The position numbers were made by a program, and so were the translations under genes. Positions 48,561 to 60,186 of a stretch of 60,186 nt of DNA are shown here, in pieces. The notes below the pieces were generated by a model. The model was not told the DNA's origin and made no database searches. It worked only from the letters and a program-made list of their open reading frames with translations. The first letter of the stretch is position 1. Each line of letters starts with the position of its first letter. The stretch is from Felis catus (taxonomy: Eukaryota), in assembly GCF_018350175.1 (NCBI RefSeq), contig NC_058368.1:52515815-52576000 (forward strand), in the 5' to 3' direction.

Positions 48561-49778
48561 CCCCCTGGTCTTCACCAAGAGTCTGAAGACATGTGGTGCA
48601 GGTGCCAGACCTGATCTACAGCACGTTTCATTATGCCTGAACAATGCTTTTAAAATGAAAACATCTCACTGAAAATCTGGATTTCTGGTTTCTGAACAAC
48701 TGGAAACGCATGCAACAGTGAGTGAGCTGATATTTGAGCCCCCAGTTAGCTGGGGCTGAGTGTCAGCTGCCACTTCGGCCAAACACGTGCTCACAGGTCC
48801 CCACCACTCCACAGTGTACACCCACCCACTTCGTATACCGACATCACCTGCCAGACTCCTGCAGGCATCAGTGGTCAGAGCCCGTACATTCCCTCCAAGC
48901 AAGGAGTGGTGTCTGAGTCTTATTTCACAATCTGATCGAGTGGGAACGTCGAGGACTACTGCACACTGCTAGGAGAGAAAAGTTCAACAATGTACATTGA
49001 TGCATCAGATAATGCTAGCCATTTTATAAATAGTAACAATTACTGTCTTTTTTTATTAATAAAAGCATGAAAATAAGTCAACTTTTCAACCAAAGAATCA
49101 ACATTAGCATCTTGCAGAGACTATTATTTATACCAACAGCAGCCAATTAATTTAAGTTGAAAATATGCTGATCTTTGAAACGTTTTCTAAACTAGCTTGC
49201 TTTGAAATAAACAAAACAAACCAAAAATGAGCCAACAAAAAATCCACACATTTATTGGGTATGTTCTATGTGCAAAGCACCCTGTGACATGGCCAGTATC
49301 CTCAGAGTTTTTGATCCAGGAAGTAGAAATAGATCAGCAGCTCATTCTAGACAACAGACTATGGATGTGCAAAAAGTACCTCGTATTTATGTACATACTT
49401 ACGTATTTATTTAGACCTAATCTTTTGCCACCAGTTATGTCCATAAAGACTATCAGGTGAAAATTAACAGGTAATCAGAGCCAAGAGGATTTAAGAGAGG
49501 TAAAGCTGAAAGTGAGTAAAGATCGATACGACCTACAGAGAAGGTGGGCAATTTTGGTTCAGGGAGTGCTCATAGCCAAAACTGAAAGAAAGACACTGTC
49601 CATTCCAGGACTCAGAGAGCCCAGAAGATTACAAACTCACCAGTGGCTCAAGAGCAAGCCCAACTTTCTTGATACTAAGATCTGAGAGAAAAATATTCTT
49701 GCAATCAGGCTTTTGGTAAGGACTTGCTGTTGGAGAGTTTGCCTTGATGGTTTCTGGAAGAACTCTGCATTGCCGTGT

Positions 49779-49999
49779 CAGGGATTGGCACACTTTTTCT
49801 GCAAAGGACGAAGCAGTGAGTAGTTTAGTCTCTGTGGGTTATCCAACCTCTCTGCAACCACTCAACTCTGTGTTTATAATGTGAAAGCAGTCACGGGCAA
49901 TATGTAAGCACGTGGCCTGGCTGTGTTCCAATAAACCTTTATGTGTGAAAAGAAACAACAGAACGGGCTCACTCATAGGCTATAGTTTACCAGCCTGTG
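49779..49999. mobile_element. MER58A hAT-Charlie element
   Basis: CAGGGATTGGCACACTTTTTCTGCAAAGG...CAACCACTCAACTCTG...GGCTGTGTTCCAATAAACCTTTAT...TATAGTTTACCAGCCTGTG. Confidence 0.9.
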
Positions 50000-52642
50000 C
50001 TCTGTGTTTTCAACTAAAAGCAGAGTTATCAACAGCAAAAAATGTTTTTCCACAGTCATCTCAGTGAAAAATAAAAGCTATTTTTCCGACTGTTGATTGT
50101 TTCACAGAGCTGATCACCTACGCCTCACGGCTTGGAGCAGGATGTAATTAGCATGTCAAAAATCCTATACACATTAAACAGTGGTACTTGTTGCATTCTG
50201 CAGATATGCTGGCTGTTACTTACAACTTTACAAGAAGGAGTGACTGAGATTGGGTTGCTCATGGCTCAGGTGGCCATGCAGAATGGGACGGGGCAGGGCC
50301 TATGCCTGCTGCCACTCAAGGAGTCTGGAGGCCCCCAGAGCTCACGGCAAGTGTGATAACATAATGCACCTTCCAAAGAGACCTACAGAGATCATTAATA
50401 TGTGTCCTCGTGTGGCAGAGGGTCACTGGAAGCGGGGTTCACGATTTTCCTCAAAACTTCTGGGGAAGTCAGAGACCTCGAACAACGAAGATTTTGTTGT
50501 GTTGTTTTTTTATCAAATTAGAAGTGACTAAAAATGCCCCTCATATGTATACCCATTCCTTCTTCTGAAGAGTCAAGAGTAATTTCACAATACCATACTA
50601 GTGCATCTCAATCCAAAAGGCTCATGTTCTCTGGTCTCTTCACCAAAAAGAAATTCAAAAAGTGCTGTATGTGAAAGTGATCATTCCAGTGCCAGGCACT
50701 TAGTAGTCACTCAGAAAATCTACTGAATGTGAATCTGTATCTTCACAGAGAGGCAAAATTAATTTCCGCTAAACAAAATTACTGACACACGCAGAGAATG
50801 AAGTAATTAATCGAGTTTGGAGATGTCACGGAAGGCTTCGCGGAGGTTTCACTTGAACGCCATCTTCCTGGAATTAAACACGCACCAAATGGGCAGAGAG
50901 CAAGGGAGTTAGCAAGGGGCACAGGACGCTACTGGTGGAAGAAACAGCGTGGGCAAAGGCATGTGGCATAGGGAAAATGGAAGCTTCTAGAACGGAAAGC
51001 ACTTTTGTTTTGGTGTGAAGAAGCCACGAGAGACGAACTGGAGAGGCAAGCGGGACACCATTCAGTTAAAAGGAATGTTGAGGCAGAAGACCAACAGTGG
51101 GGGCCTCCATCCAAGAGCTAAGATTCTGCGGTAGACTCGTCTGAGGAAATGACTCAGTGATCGAGGTGCCTGCCCTTGCTTGGGGCCCCGACCAGAGAAA
51201 TAGAGAGAACGGATGGGCAGCAGGAGCACAAGACCGGTGGCGTAGCTCTGAGAAGAATACATTTTCTAAATCACATGAAAGGAGGCCCTGCGAAGCAAAG
51301 AGGGAGACGAGTCGGTGTTCTTCTAGCACCAAAGATCTGAACGCAGCATCTTTCAAGAAGCCATTCAGGTGAAGGTCCTCAGGCTCCCTGTCCTCTTGAA
51401 CCTTCACCAGGTGTGGGAATGAATCGCAGTAAACTACTTTTCTTTCCTGGAATAAAAAAGTGGTGGGTGGGGGTGGGGGAAATGAGGGAAAAAAAAAAGT
51501 CTCCCTTTGTTTTCTTCACTTCCCCACTGGGCCCTCCATTCATTAGGCATCGGTTCCACTTGCTGGTGCTTCCCTGAAGCGGCTACCATGGCTTTTGCCG
51601 CTGGCCTCTGCTGCAACACAAGCAGCCTGCAGCCCCACTCTGTACTGGCTTTTATAGAAAGGCCTTCTCGCCTTCAGAAAACACACCGTTGCCTGATCCA
51701 AATGAGAAGAAGCTGCCTTTTAAATAACGCTAAGACTTCCAGACAATAATCACTCTAGCACTTGGAAGCAATGCTTGTGTTTCGTTGTGATCTCTTCCTA
51801 GGTTCCTAGACCTCAAACTCCACAGGGAGTGTCACAAATTCGCATGTTATCTCTGAAAAATAGATTCAGCACTTGCAGCTCTGAATTACCTAAAAAGGGG
51901 TGTAGGGAGAAAAAAAAAAGAAAAACAACATATTCATGTAGCCAGACAGCTCCCTGTCAGTGACACGTACAGGGAAGCTTAAATTGTAAGTTCCTCTAGA
52001 AAAAGGGTGAACGTTTTATATTAACAACTTGCCTTCCAGATCTTTTTTTTGTTTTGTTTTTTTGTTTTCCCTTTTGGCAGAGAGCTGTAGGCTAATCTTT
52101 ACCTATTCCTTTTTCTACCATAGAACTTGTCAACCGGCAAAGTAGCACATAAAGAAGAAACATACATGTACAGTAAGCTGTCCTAGACAGTGTGGCACAA
52201 TGAGACGAGTCAAGAGACGGAGATGGGTTGGAAGACTGCCATTCACTGGCAGGGTGACCTGAATGCATACTTCAAAATCCCCGAGGCTCAATTTCTTATA
52301 GTCATCAATAGCTCCTAAGTTTGGGGAGACTGAATTAGACAACGTGTCGATACAGGTCCTCCGAGAAGCAGGCGTCAGGGAAGTTCATCAGGGGACACAT
52401 CTGTGAGGTAAAGTGAGGCGAGAACAGGTGGAGGCTGGGAGAGGTGTCAGACCCAACGGCAGTTCGGCCCCTGTCAAGGAGAGGGTGGAAAGGACAAGTG
52501 AGTGGAAGAGTTTTGATGGTAGTTCTAAGAAAGTGCAGCAAAGCCGATGGGGAGAACTCTCTATCTCCCAGCAACAGAGCTGCCTTGGCCGCCCTTCCGT
52601 GCCTAGTTGTTGGCTAGGGGCAGCCCTTGAGAAGAGTGGCCT

Positions 52643-53433
52643 TGTGATACTGTAATTTATAAAAAGAAATATATATTTGCTCTTTGTCCCGGTTTCTGGC
52701 ACAAAACTCCTAAAACCCTTGGAATTTCCTAAGCGATTCCATAAAGGTGTCTTTTGTTACGTTAATGGAGAGGCTTTTGGAATGTCCCTGGGTCACCTAA
52801 GGTTGGGGGCAGCGTCCCAACCAACCCCATGATTAGAAGTTTGGAACTTTCAGTCCCACACCCCCCAGGGAAGAGAAGGTGACTGGAGATTGAGATCAAT
52901 CACCAATGGCCAATGATCTCATCAATTATGCCTATGAAATGAAACTCCATTAAAACCCCAAAAGGACAGGGTTCAGACAGCTCCTGGGTTGATAAACACT
53001 TGGAGACTTGGGGAGAGTGTCCTTCACTGGAGTGTCCTTCAACCATACATAGCCCTGCATTTCTTCCATCTGTCTGCTCCTGAGTTATTTCCGTTTATAA
53101 TAAACCAATGACCTAGTAAGTAAAATGTTTCTCTGAGTTCTGTGAGCCCCTCTAACAAATTAATCAAACCCAAAGAGGCAGTCATTGGAACCTCTGATTA
53201 TAGCCCGTTGGTCAGAAGTGCAGGTAACAACCTGGGCTTATGACTAGTGTCTAGAGTGGGAGCTGTGGGGACACTCTTGCCGGACAGAGTCCTTAACCTG
53301 TGGGATCTGACACCATCTCCACATCAGAATTTAGTTGAATTGTAGGATGCCCAGCTGGTGTCTAAGAATTGCTTGGTGATGTGGAGAAACCCTCCCCCAC
53401 GCATACATTGGAATTAGTGACCAGACCCTCTCG
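52643..53433 (+). mobile_element. MER21-like ERV solo LTR no. 1
   Basis: TGTGATACTG...AAATATATATTTG...CTCCTAAAACCCTTGGAAT...ATCACCAATGGCCAATG...AATAAACC...CTGTGGGATCTGAC; 4-bp TSD GCCT. Confidence 0.9.
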
Positions 53434-54204
53434 GCCTCTATACAAAACTAGTGACAGATTTCAGACCACAGCAGCTGGGGCCAGACAGTTACACTCCCTG
53501 GGAAAGGCGATCAGAGAGATGCACCCTCAACGGCCGCCACCAACTGCATACAAAAGCACTTTGCACAGTAACTGGCATACAGAAGACAATCAACAAATAC
53601 ATTTTCCCCCTTAGATGTCAGACATTGTGTTCATAAGCTGAATGAAGGGTATAGTTTTCCCCAGTTCCAATCAAATTTGAGACGTAAGTTGACCTTCACT
53701 CGCCAGAATGCAATACACAAACTGGTAACCTCTCATTCAGATTTGGAAAAGGGATGCTTCCATCAGAGACACGGAGGAGAGAGGAGCGTGATGGCTTGCT
53801 TAGCACTCTTCCAGTTCTCAACCCCACTTGCCATTAAGAGCAGAGTTCTTGGGATAACAATGCCAGGCCCAGGTTCATAGGTCAGGGGACAAAATGCTTA
53901 CAGCCAGTTTACACAAGCTTGCAACACGACCAGCAAGCTCTTAAGCGATAAATTCCTGCTCTTGTAGTTTCCACATGTTGCTAAAACATTTCATGCCCTG
54001 GCACCAGTAAAATCATCTGCTGCTTCGGGTCCTCAACCTCTCAGCTACTATAGCTTCCAACACAGGAGACCTCAAACTTCGGCCTCTCCTTCTTACTGAT
54101 GAAAGTTTTCCTGTGAAAATAGGAGTCTACACTTTGTGCCCATATAGCGTTCTACTAATAAAACGCCTTCGTATAGGAATGTACAGGTAATGTGTATCTG
54201 CACA

Positions 54205-54421
54205 CAGACTTGGTTTCAGGTATCCAGGAGTCCCATGCCAGGCTCTGTCTAGCTTTTGACCTTGGGGACATAATTAACCTCTGTGAGGCTCAATTTCTTC
54301 ATATACAAACTTGAAATAATACTTTCTTATCTTGAAAATCTGTCACAAAGTTCAGAGACAATACACGCAAAGCACATAGTTCAGTGTCAAAACCATAATA
54401 GGTGCTCAATAAATTATAAGT
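54205..54421 (+). mobile_element. MIR
   Basis: TGACCTTGGGGACATAATTAACCTCTGTGAGGCTCAATTTCTTCAT...ATAGGTGCTCAATAAAT. Confidence 0.85.
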
Positions 54422-56167
54422 AATAATATCTTTCCTAGCCTCTAAATCATAGGAAAATATACAGGAAAAGTGTTCTTATATGCACTATATAATGCCATGT
54501 AAGTTATTTAAAAATGCAACAGTAAACTTCTTTAATAATTAATCCCATTCTAGTTGCTTAGTAAGTATATGATTATGGGTTGATAGCTTAAAAGAGTGAA
54601 CATAAAATTTTGAATAATGATAAATCAACCTCATAACACTGGAAGTAGGGTTTTTCTCTATTTTGACTCACCCCCATGGCACACACTTACTGAATTCCAC
54701 ATGTAAAATTAGAAGGTAAATGCTACCAAGTATTTGCTAGCATTTGCTTCATAGCATCTTCCAGATCAAAGTACTGCTAATCCTTACACACCAGGAGCAG
54801 AGCATCAGCGTTAGATATTTTTCCTACCTCTTCTTTAGTATTTTCTTAGTTTATTTCATACTTTGATTTTGCATGCCTCAGTCCAAGTGTACACTCCTTT
54901 TCAACCAAATTGACTTATTTCTTCCCCTAGGAAACAGGGCCTTCTCTGAAATGTATGGATCCTCTCCTGCCAAGAAGTGAAAAGTCTTCCTATCTTAATC
55001 AGGTCAAGGCCCCTCCTTGCTAGGCCCAGAGGTTACTCAGCAGTAGCTGGTACAGAGAATGATTCCCGCTCTGCAACCGTCTGTTACCATGGAGACATGC
55101 TAATTAGTGAATGATGAGAAAGCAGAGGAGTTCAGGGTCTATAAAACCATGAGAAAGAAAGGGAAATGAATGGAAAAATATGGATGAAGAGAAATTAGGG
55201 TATTTTATGGGGCAAACTGTAAGTAAAGGAGTCCTGGAATGATAGGATCAGAATAAAGAAGAAGAGGGTTATGAGGAGAGAATATCAATGACAGAGATTC
55301 ATAGGTTGTAAGTTTGAAGAAATGAGGGGTAGAGACTCTAGCTTAAGAAAAGAAATAGAAAACTGCCACCGTGCCAGGTACAAGTCATAAGATCATAGCA
55401 TGTTAAAAGACCTGAATTTTACAGGTGTTGAATGACAGGATCATTTTTTTCTGAAGGGAAGGAAATGTGACATTCAGGGCCATCAAAATAGATTGCAAAT
55501 CTCTGCAGACATTTCTCTGCTATAACTCGAATTCACATTTGCCGATTCAACATACTTTCAACAGGGTGGTGCGTCAATGTGCCAGCGCATGGGATTTCTG
55601 TCCAATTCTCTGAGCCAAATGTGCCCTTGGACTTCTATATCCAGACCTCCAAGGAACAACAGCATAGAAAAAGAATTTAGCTGAGAGTTTCGGAAACTGG
55701 TTTTTAAAAAGATAATACAGAGATAAAACGACAATACTGAAGGGCATATGAGTACTCATACATCTTGGGCATTTTGAAAACTTGACTAAGTGATAATATC
55801 TATCTTCTACAGAGATAATTTCAGATTATATTAACATAAATATTTTCTATTTTGTTCATTTTACTATACAGTATTTAATACACATTATTGCCATACTACA
55901 TTTGATCTGTTAATACATTTTAAAAGAGACATTTTATGCAAATGCAAAGATATTGTTGAAATTCCAATAAACAGAATAAACAATCTACCCATGAAGGCCA
56001 AGGTGTTATGACCAGAATTAGCCCAAATATGAAGGAAGAGAATGAACTCATTGTGTTAACTAGAGAAAAGTCATGTAGTTAGTTAGGTGTCTCATGTGCA
56101 AAGTTAATCTCATAGCCCTTGTACATGAACAAATTCACAACATTTCAGACCTTGGAAATTTCCCCCT

Positions 56168-56986
56168 TGATATTGGAATTTATAGTAAGAAATATATATT
56201 TGGTCTTCGTTGCCCTTTCTGGCACAGAGCTCCTAACACCCAGAATTTCCAAGTGAAGAAAACAACAAAAGTGTCCTTTGTTATGTTAAAGATGTAACTT
56301 TTGGACCTCACCTAAAACTGGGGGTTGCCAAAAGAAACAAGCATTTGATAAGAGGGTTGGAGCTTTCCATCGCCCTCCCCTGGCCCCCCCAGGGAGGAGA
56401 AAGGGACTAGAGATTGAGATCGATCACCAATGGCCAATGCAAGTGCTGGGAGAGTTGTGAAATGGAAGAGGGTTTGGAAGCTCCACGTTCCTTCCCCACA
56501 CCTTGCCCCTGCATCCCTTCCTTCCTTCCTTCCTTCCTTCCTTCCTTCCTTCCTTCCTTCCTTCCTTCCTTCCTTCTGTTATGGAAACCATAACAGAAAT
56601 TATGGTTTCATAATAAACCAGCAATCTGGTGAGTAAATGGGCTTCCTGAGTTCTGTGAACCACTGTAGCAAATGTATCATAGCCCAGGAGGGGGTTGTGG
56701 GAACCTCCAATCTGTAGCTGGTTGGTAGGTCAAAAGCACAAGTGACAACCTGAACTTGATACCTGCATCTGAAGTGGTGGTGGGGAGGAGGGGGCAGTCC
56801 TGTAGGACTGAACTCTTCACCTGTGGGATCTGATGCTGTCTCTAGATAGGTAGGGTTAAGAGTGAGTTGAATTGCAGGATACCTAGCTGGTGTCCAAGAA
56901 CTGCTTATTGGTGTGGGGAAACCTCCCACCACCACCCACACACAAGCACACACATGCTCATCAGAATTAGTAACAAGAACCTATTA
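56168..56986 (+). mobile_element. MER21-like ERV solo LTR no. 2, with an internal deletion and a (CCTT)n expansion at ~56516-56575
   Basis: Colinear with LTR no. 1; 4-bp TSD CCCT at 56164-56167 and 56987-56990. Confidence 0.9.
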
Positions 56987-57049
56987 CCCTCTACCTTGGA
57001 TTTCTTCACCCTAAATTTTCTACAAGTACAGTCTATCCACATTGTCTTC

Positions 57050-57377
57050 CATTTTACAGATTTCCTCTCATCCTTCAAATCCAAATCAAATACCATCTTC
57101 TCAGGAGAGGCCTGCCGAGACCTTCACAGGTAGTTAGCACTAAGTACCATTCTTATGGACCTGAAGTGCTTTGTACCTGCCTCTCTTATGGAGTTTCATT
57201 CTTGACATTATGTAATTCCTGACATTTTGGCTATTTGTTTCAATAACTCTATCTCAAGCTATAAATTCCTCAAGGATAGAGACTATATTTTATGCACCTT
57301 ATATTCTCCAGTATTCCCAGCACTAAGCACGGGGCTTAGAATATAGCAGATACTTGCTCAATATTTATTGAATAAGT
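57050..57377 (+). mobile_element. L2 3' end
   Basis: TCATCCTTCAAATCCAAATCAAATACCATCTTCTCAGGAGAGGCC...ATAAATTCCTCAAGGATAGAGAC...CCCAGCACTAAGCAC...CAATATTTATTGAATAA. Confidence 0.8.
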
Positions 57378-57543
57378 ATTTATAGTAAATTACAACCAAT
57401 AACTAATTTGTATAGTGATTTAAATTCTACAAAAGGCTTTTGTGACACTAGTGTGTGAGCTCCTTAAATGTCCATGTGTCTTTGGCTCAGCTCTATCTTT
57501 AGGACATTAACTAAACAGGTCCTCGATTAAAATGTGTTAAATA

Positions 57544-57759
57544 GGGGTGCTTGGGTGGCTCAGTTGGTTAAGTGTCTGACTTTGGCTCAGGTCATGATCT
57601 CACGGCTGGTGGATTCGAGCCCCGCATTGGGCTCTGCGCTGACGGCTCAGAGCCTGGAGCCTACTTCAGATTCTGTATCTCTCTCTCTCTCTCTCTCTCT
57701 CTGCCCCTTTCCCACTCACACTCTGTCTCTCCATCTCTTAAAAATAAACATTAATTAAA
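57544..57759 (+). mobile_element. CanSINE
   Basis: Perfect TSD AAAATGTGTTAAATA at 57529-57543 and 57760-57774. Confidence 0.97.
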
Positions 57760-58909
57760 AAAATGTGTTAAATAAGTCTCCAGATCCAGAATTATCCAAA
57801 GACCCTGACTTCCTTTCAAAATAAATAATTCCTCAGCAACATGATGCCTAAAAATGTCTCTCTTCTGTCAATAGAGATCAAATTCGGCCAATACATGTGT
57901 ATTAAAAGTTAGCTTTTCCTAGGCAATAAAATTTCCCCTAGAGCTGACAAATGCCAGAAGCTACAAGAGGCTTCCCCCAAACAACTCAGACTCAGACTCA
58001 TAATCAGTTGGATGGACACAGTCCGGAGTCAATCTCAGGTCCTAACGCCAGGTGGAGCCAGCATCAAGGTGAGGCCAGGTGGGGTGAAACTCACAAAGTA
58101 AGAACATTGACCCTCTGAAGCCTGGTTACTTCCTTCTTTATTACTTTCCTTTCTCTAAAGTCTTTTAACTACACTGTTAAAAATCACCATGTCAGTGATA
58201 CTGCATTTAAAATGTTTTTGAAAAGCACCATTTGAGGAGGGAGCATCATGAGCTCCACGAAATCTACTGTCCTTCCTGCTTTACTCCTAGCCATTCATCT
58301 GAGTTAGCCAGATTAAGGAAGTATTTGGATTTATAGGCATGACATACACAAATCCAAATCACTCTCTAGTCCCCAAATATCTCCCCCTCCAATCCTGCAA
58401 GATAATCTAAACTCCTATAATAGTAATCACTGTAAGTAAAGAATTTGATGGCTCACATTTTTTTTTGAATCACATTCATTCTCCCCATCAATACCGAAAT
58501 CATTCTCCCCAACAATACTGAAAATGAAGCACATAGGGAAGATGCATTGGGATGGGGCAAAGGTAAAGAGTGGCACACAGGGTTCTGGGAAGAAGGACAG
58601 GCCAAGTGGTAATGCCACAGTAGAAGATTCTAAGCAACCAATAAACAGCTTGAGAATACTAAGCACTGAGGACCACAAGTTTCAGCTGATGAAGGGAAGG
58701 GAGTCAGAAAAGAAAGATGGAAAAAGCTCTGTACAAATTCACTCATCACACAGTTTTGACAACCGTGGTGAAAATCAAAACTGGGTCATCTTGCTCTGGG
58801 CCATCACACACAAAAGCATGGCATGGCCTTTTCAACATTTGCTACTGTGCCATACATCAGACCACCTGCTGCTACCAAAATATATGACATTTATAGATTT
58901 GTAAATGTG

Positions 58910-58935
58910 GTGTGTGTGTGTGTGTGTATGTGTGT
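58910..58935. repeat. (TG)n microsatellite
   Basis: Read directly. Confidence 0.9.
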
Positions 58936-59831
58936 ATACTTTTTTTTAATGTGCCCAATCAGGTGATAAACCCAGGGATCCTCATAAATGAGATGTAAAT
59001 CAAAAGTCTTCTAATGGAATTTTAAGTGCAAAAGACCCTATATACTTCTAAATTTAATTCCCATGCATTAGGTTTTTTGGGTATAAATACACTCTCCCAA
59101 ATAAGAGAACATAAGTAGATCAGGATAAATCCATTACCTGAAAGCCTAAACTCTAGATTATCTTTATCCCAACAGTATCATCTCCACATATATCAGGCAG
59201 CACACTCAGTCTTTGGTTATGAAGGGACCAGTTTATGAAAATACCTCAGTGTTACATAACTATTACTTACAACCTCACACAAAATATTTTTTGCAAATTT
59301 TCAAAAACTTCTACTTCTCAGATTAACAGAGCATTTATATTTAAGAGGTAGCATGTAGTTTTTCCAGATAAATTAAAGAAATATCATAAATATCATTTAG
59401 TCTCAATATTGCAAGTGGACTTTCTTGGTGAATATATTCTACACAGTCCTACGTCTGGGCCTTAAGTTAGAACTGAATTCGTAATCACAGAAATTATAAA
59501 TTTAGAAAGTTTCTGACAACATAAGGGGCAAGGGAACCAGTGAACCCCCCAGTTAGTTAATCTGCCTTAAATCTGTCTACCATAAGCATTCGGAAACCCA
59601 AGTTCTTCCATCACCAAGAGAACCTCCACTTTTGCTCACGCTTGCAGACTCCCCGCAGACAGGCTGGCCTTCATTGCTGCTGCAATGGTACGGCTTCCTC
59701 CTCACCACCTTCAACGTCTTCAGTGGTTTCTGGCACTCTTCCAGCCCTTTTAATTCCTATATTGCATTTGTGAATAACAGAAAGATTACACAGCAAAATT
59801 ATGAAAATTCTGCCAACCCATCAATTCCTTC

Positions 59832-60181
59832 TGTCTTAGTCCATTGGATTGGTATAACAAAATACTGCAGGTTGGGTCGCTTAGAAACAACAAAAATTTA
59901 CTTCTTCTAGTTCTGGAGGCTGGAGGTCCAAAGTCAAAGTGTCAGTATCGTCGAGTGAGAGCTTTCTTCTGAGTTGCACACTTTTTGCTGCGTCTTCACC
60001 TGACAGAAGGGGCTAGAAAGCCCTGTGAGGGTGTCTCTTTTATAAGGTCACTTATCCTCTTCATGAGGGCCCTCCACAACCTAATCACCCCCAAAACGGC
60101 CCACCTCCTAACACCATCACATTGGGCATTAGGAGTCCAACATGTGAACTTGGGGGAGACACAAACATTCAGATCATAGCA
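59832..60181 (-). mobile_element. MLT1A-type (MaLR) solo LTR, full length
   Basis: TGTCTTAGTCCATT...GTTCTGGAGGCTGG...GGGAGACACAAACATTCAGATCATAGCA; TG...CA ends; 5-bp TSD CCTTC / CTTTC. Confidence 0.93.
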
Positions 60182-60186
60182 CTTTC

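Noticed and set aside
52643..56986. Intact or deleted provirus
   Set aside because: Separate TSDs for each LTR, a MIR in the spacer and no retroviral coding remnants
58524..58904. 126-aa ATG-initiated ORF
   Set aside because: No recognisable domain, promoter or splice context; a length that occurs by chance in 60 kb

Overview
Non-coding mammalian genomic DNA from a felid, most likely domestic cat or a close relative. The evidence is 26 carnivore tRNA-derived SINEs (CanSINE/SINEC), five of them near-identical young SINEC_Fc-type copies with intact target-site duplications (TSDs). I can support no protein-coding gene, RNA gene or prokaryotic-type system. The supplied ORFs are SINE, LINE, LTR or low-complexity artefacts; the only recognisable peptides are L1 ORF2 remnants. 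The window is intronic or intergenic and holds L1, L2, MIR, hAT-Charlie (MER33, MER20, MER58A, Charlie1), MaLR (MLT1) and two MER21-like solo LTRs, plus microsatellites. The signals not explained by common repeats are: (1) a ~150-bp imperfect palindrome at 8937-9093 with three stems on one exact dyad axis; (2) an old ~170-bp local duplication (15471-15643 vs 17643-17804); (3) repeat-poor stretches with CpG or motif clusters that may be enhancers; (4) a 19:7 SINE strand bias; (5) a weak microexon candidate. I did not find a convincing novel biological system. Repeat family names come from remembered consensus sequences, and boundaries of old repeats are approximate.
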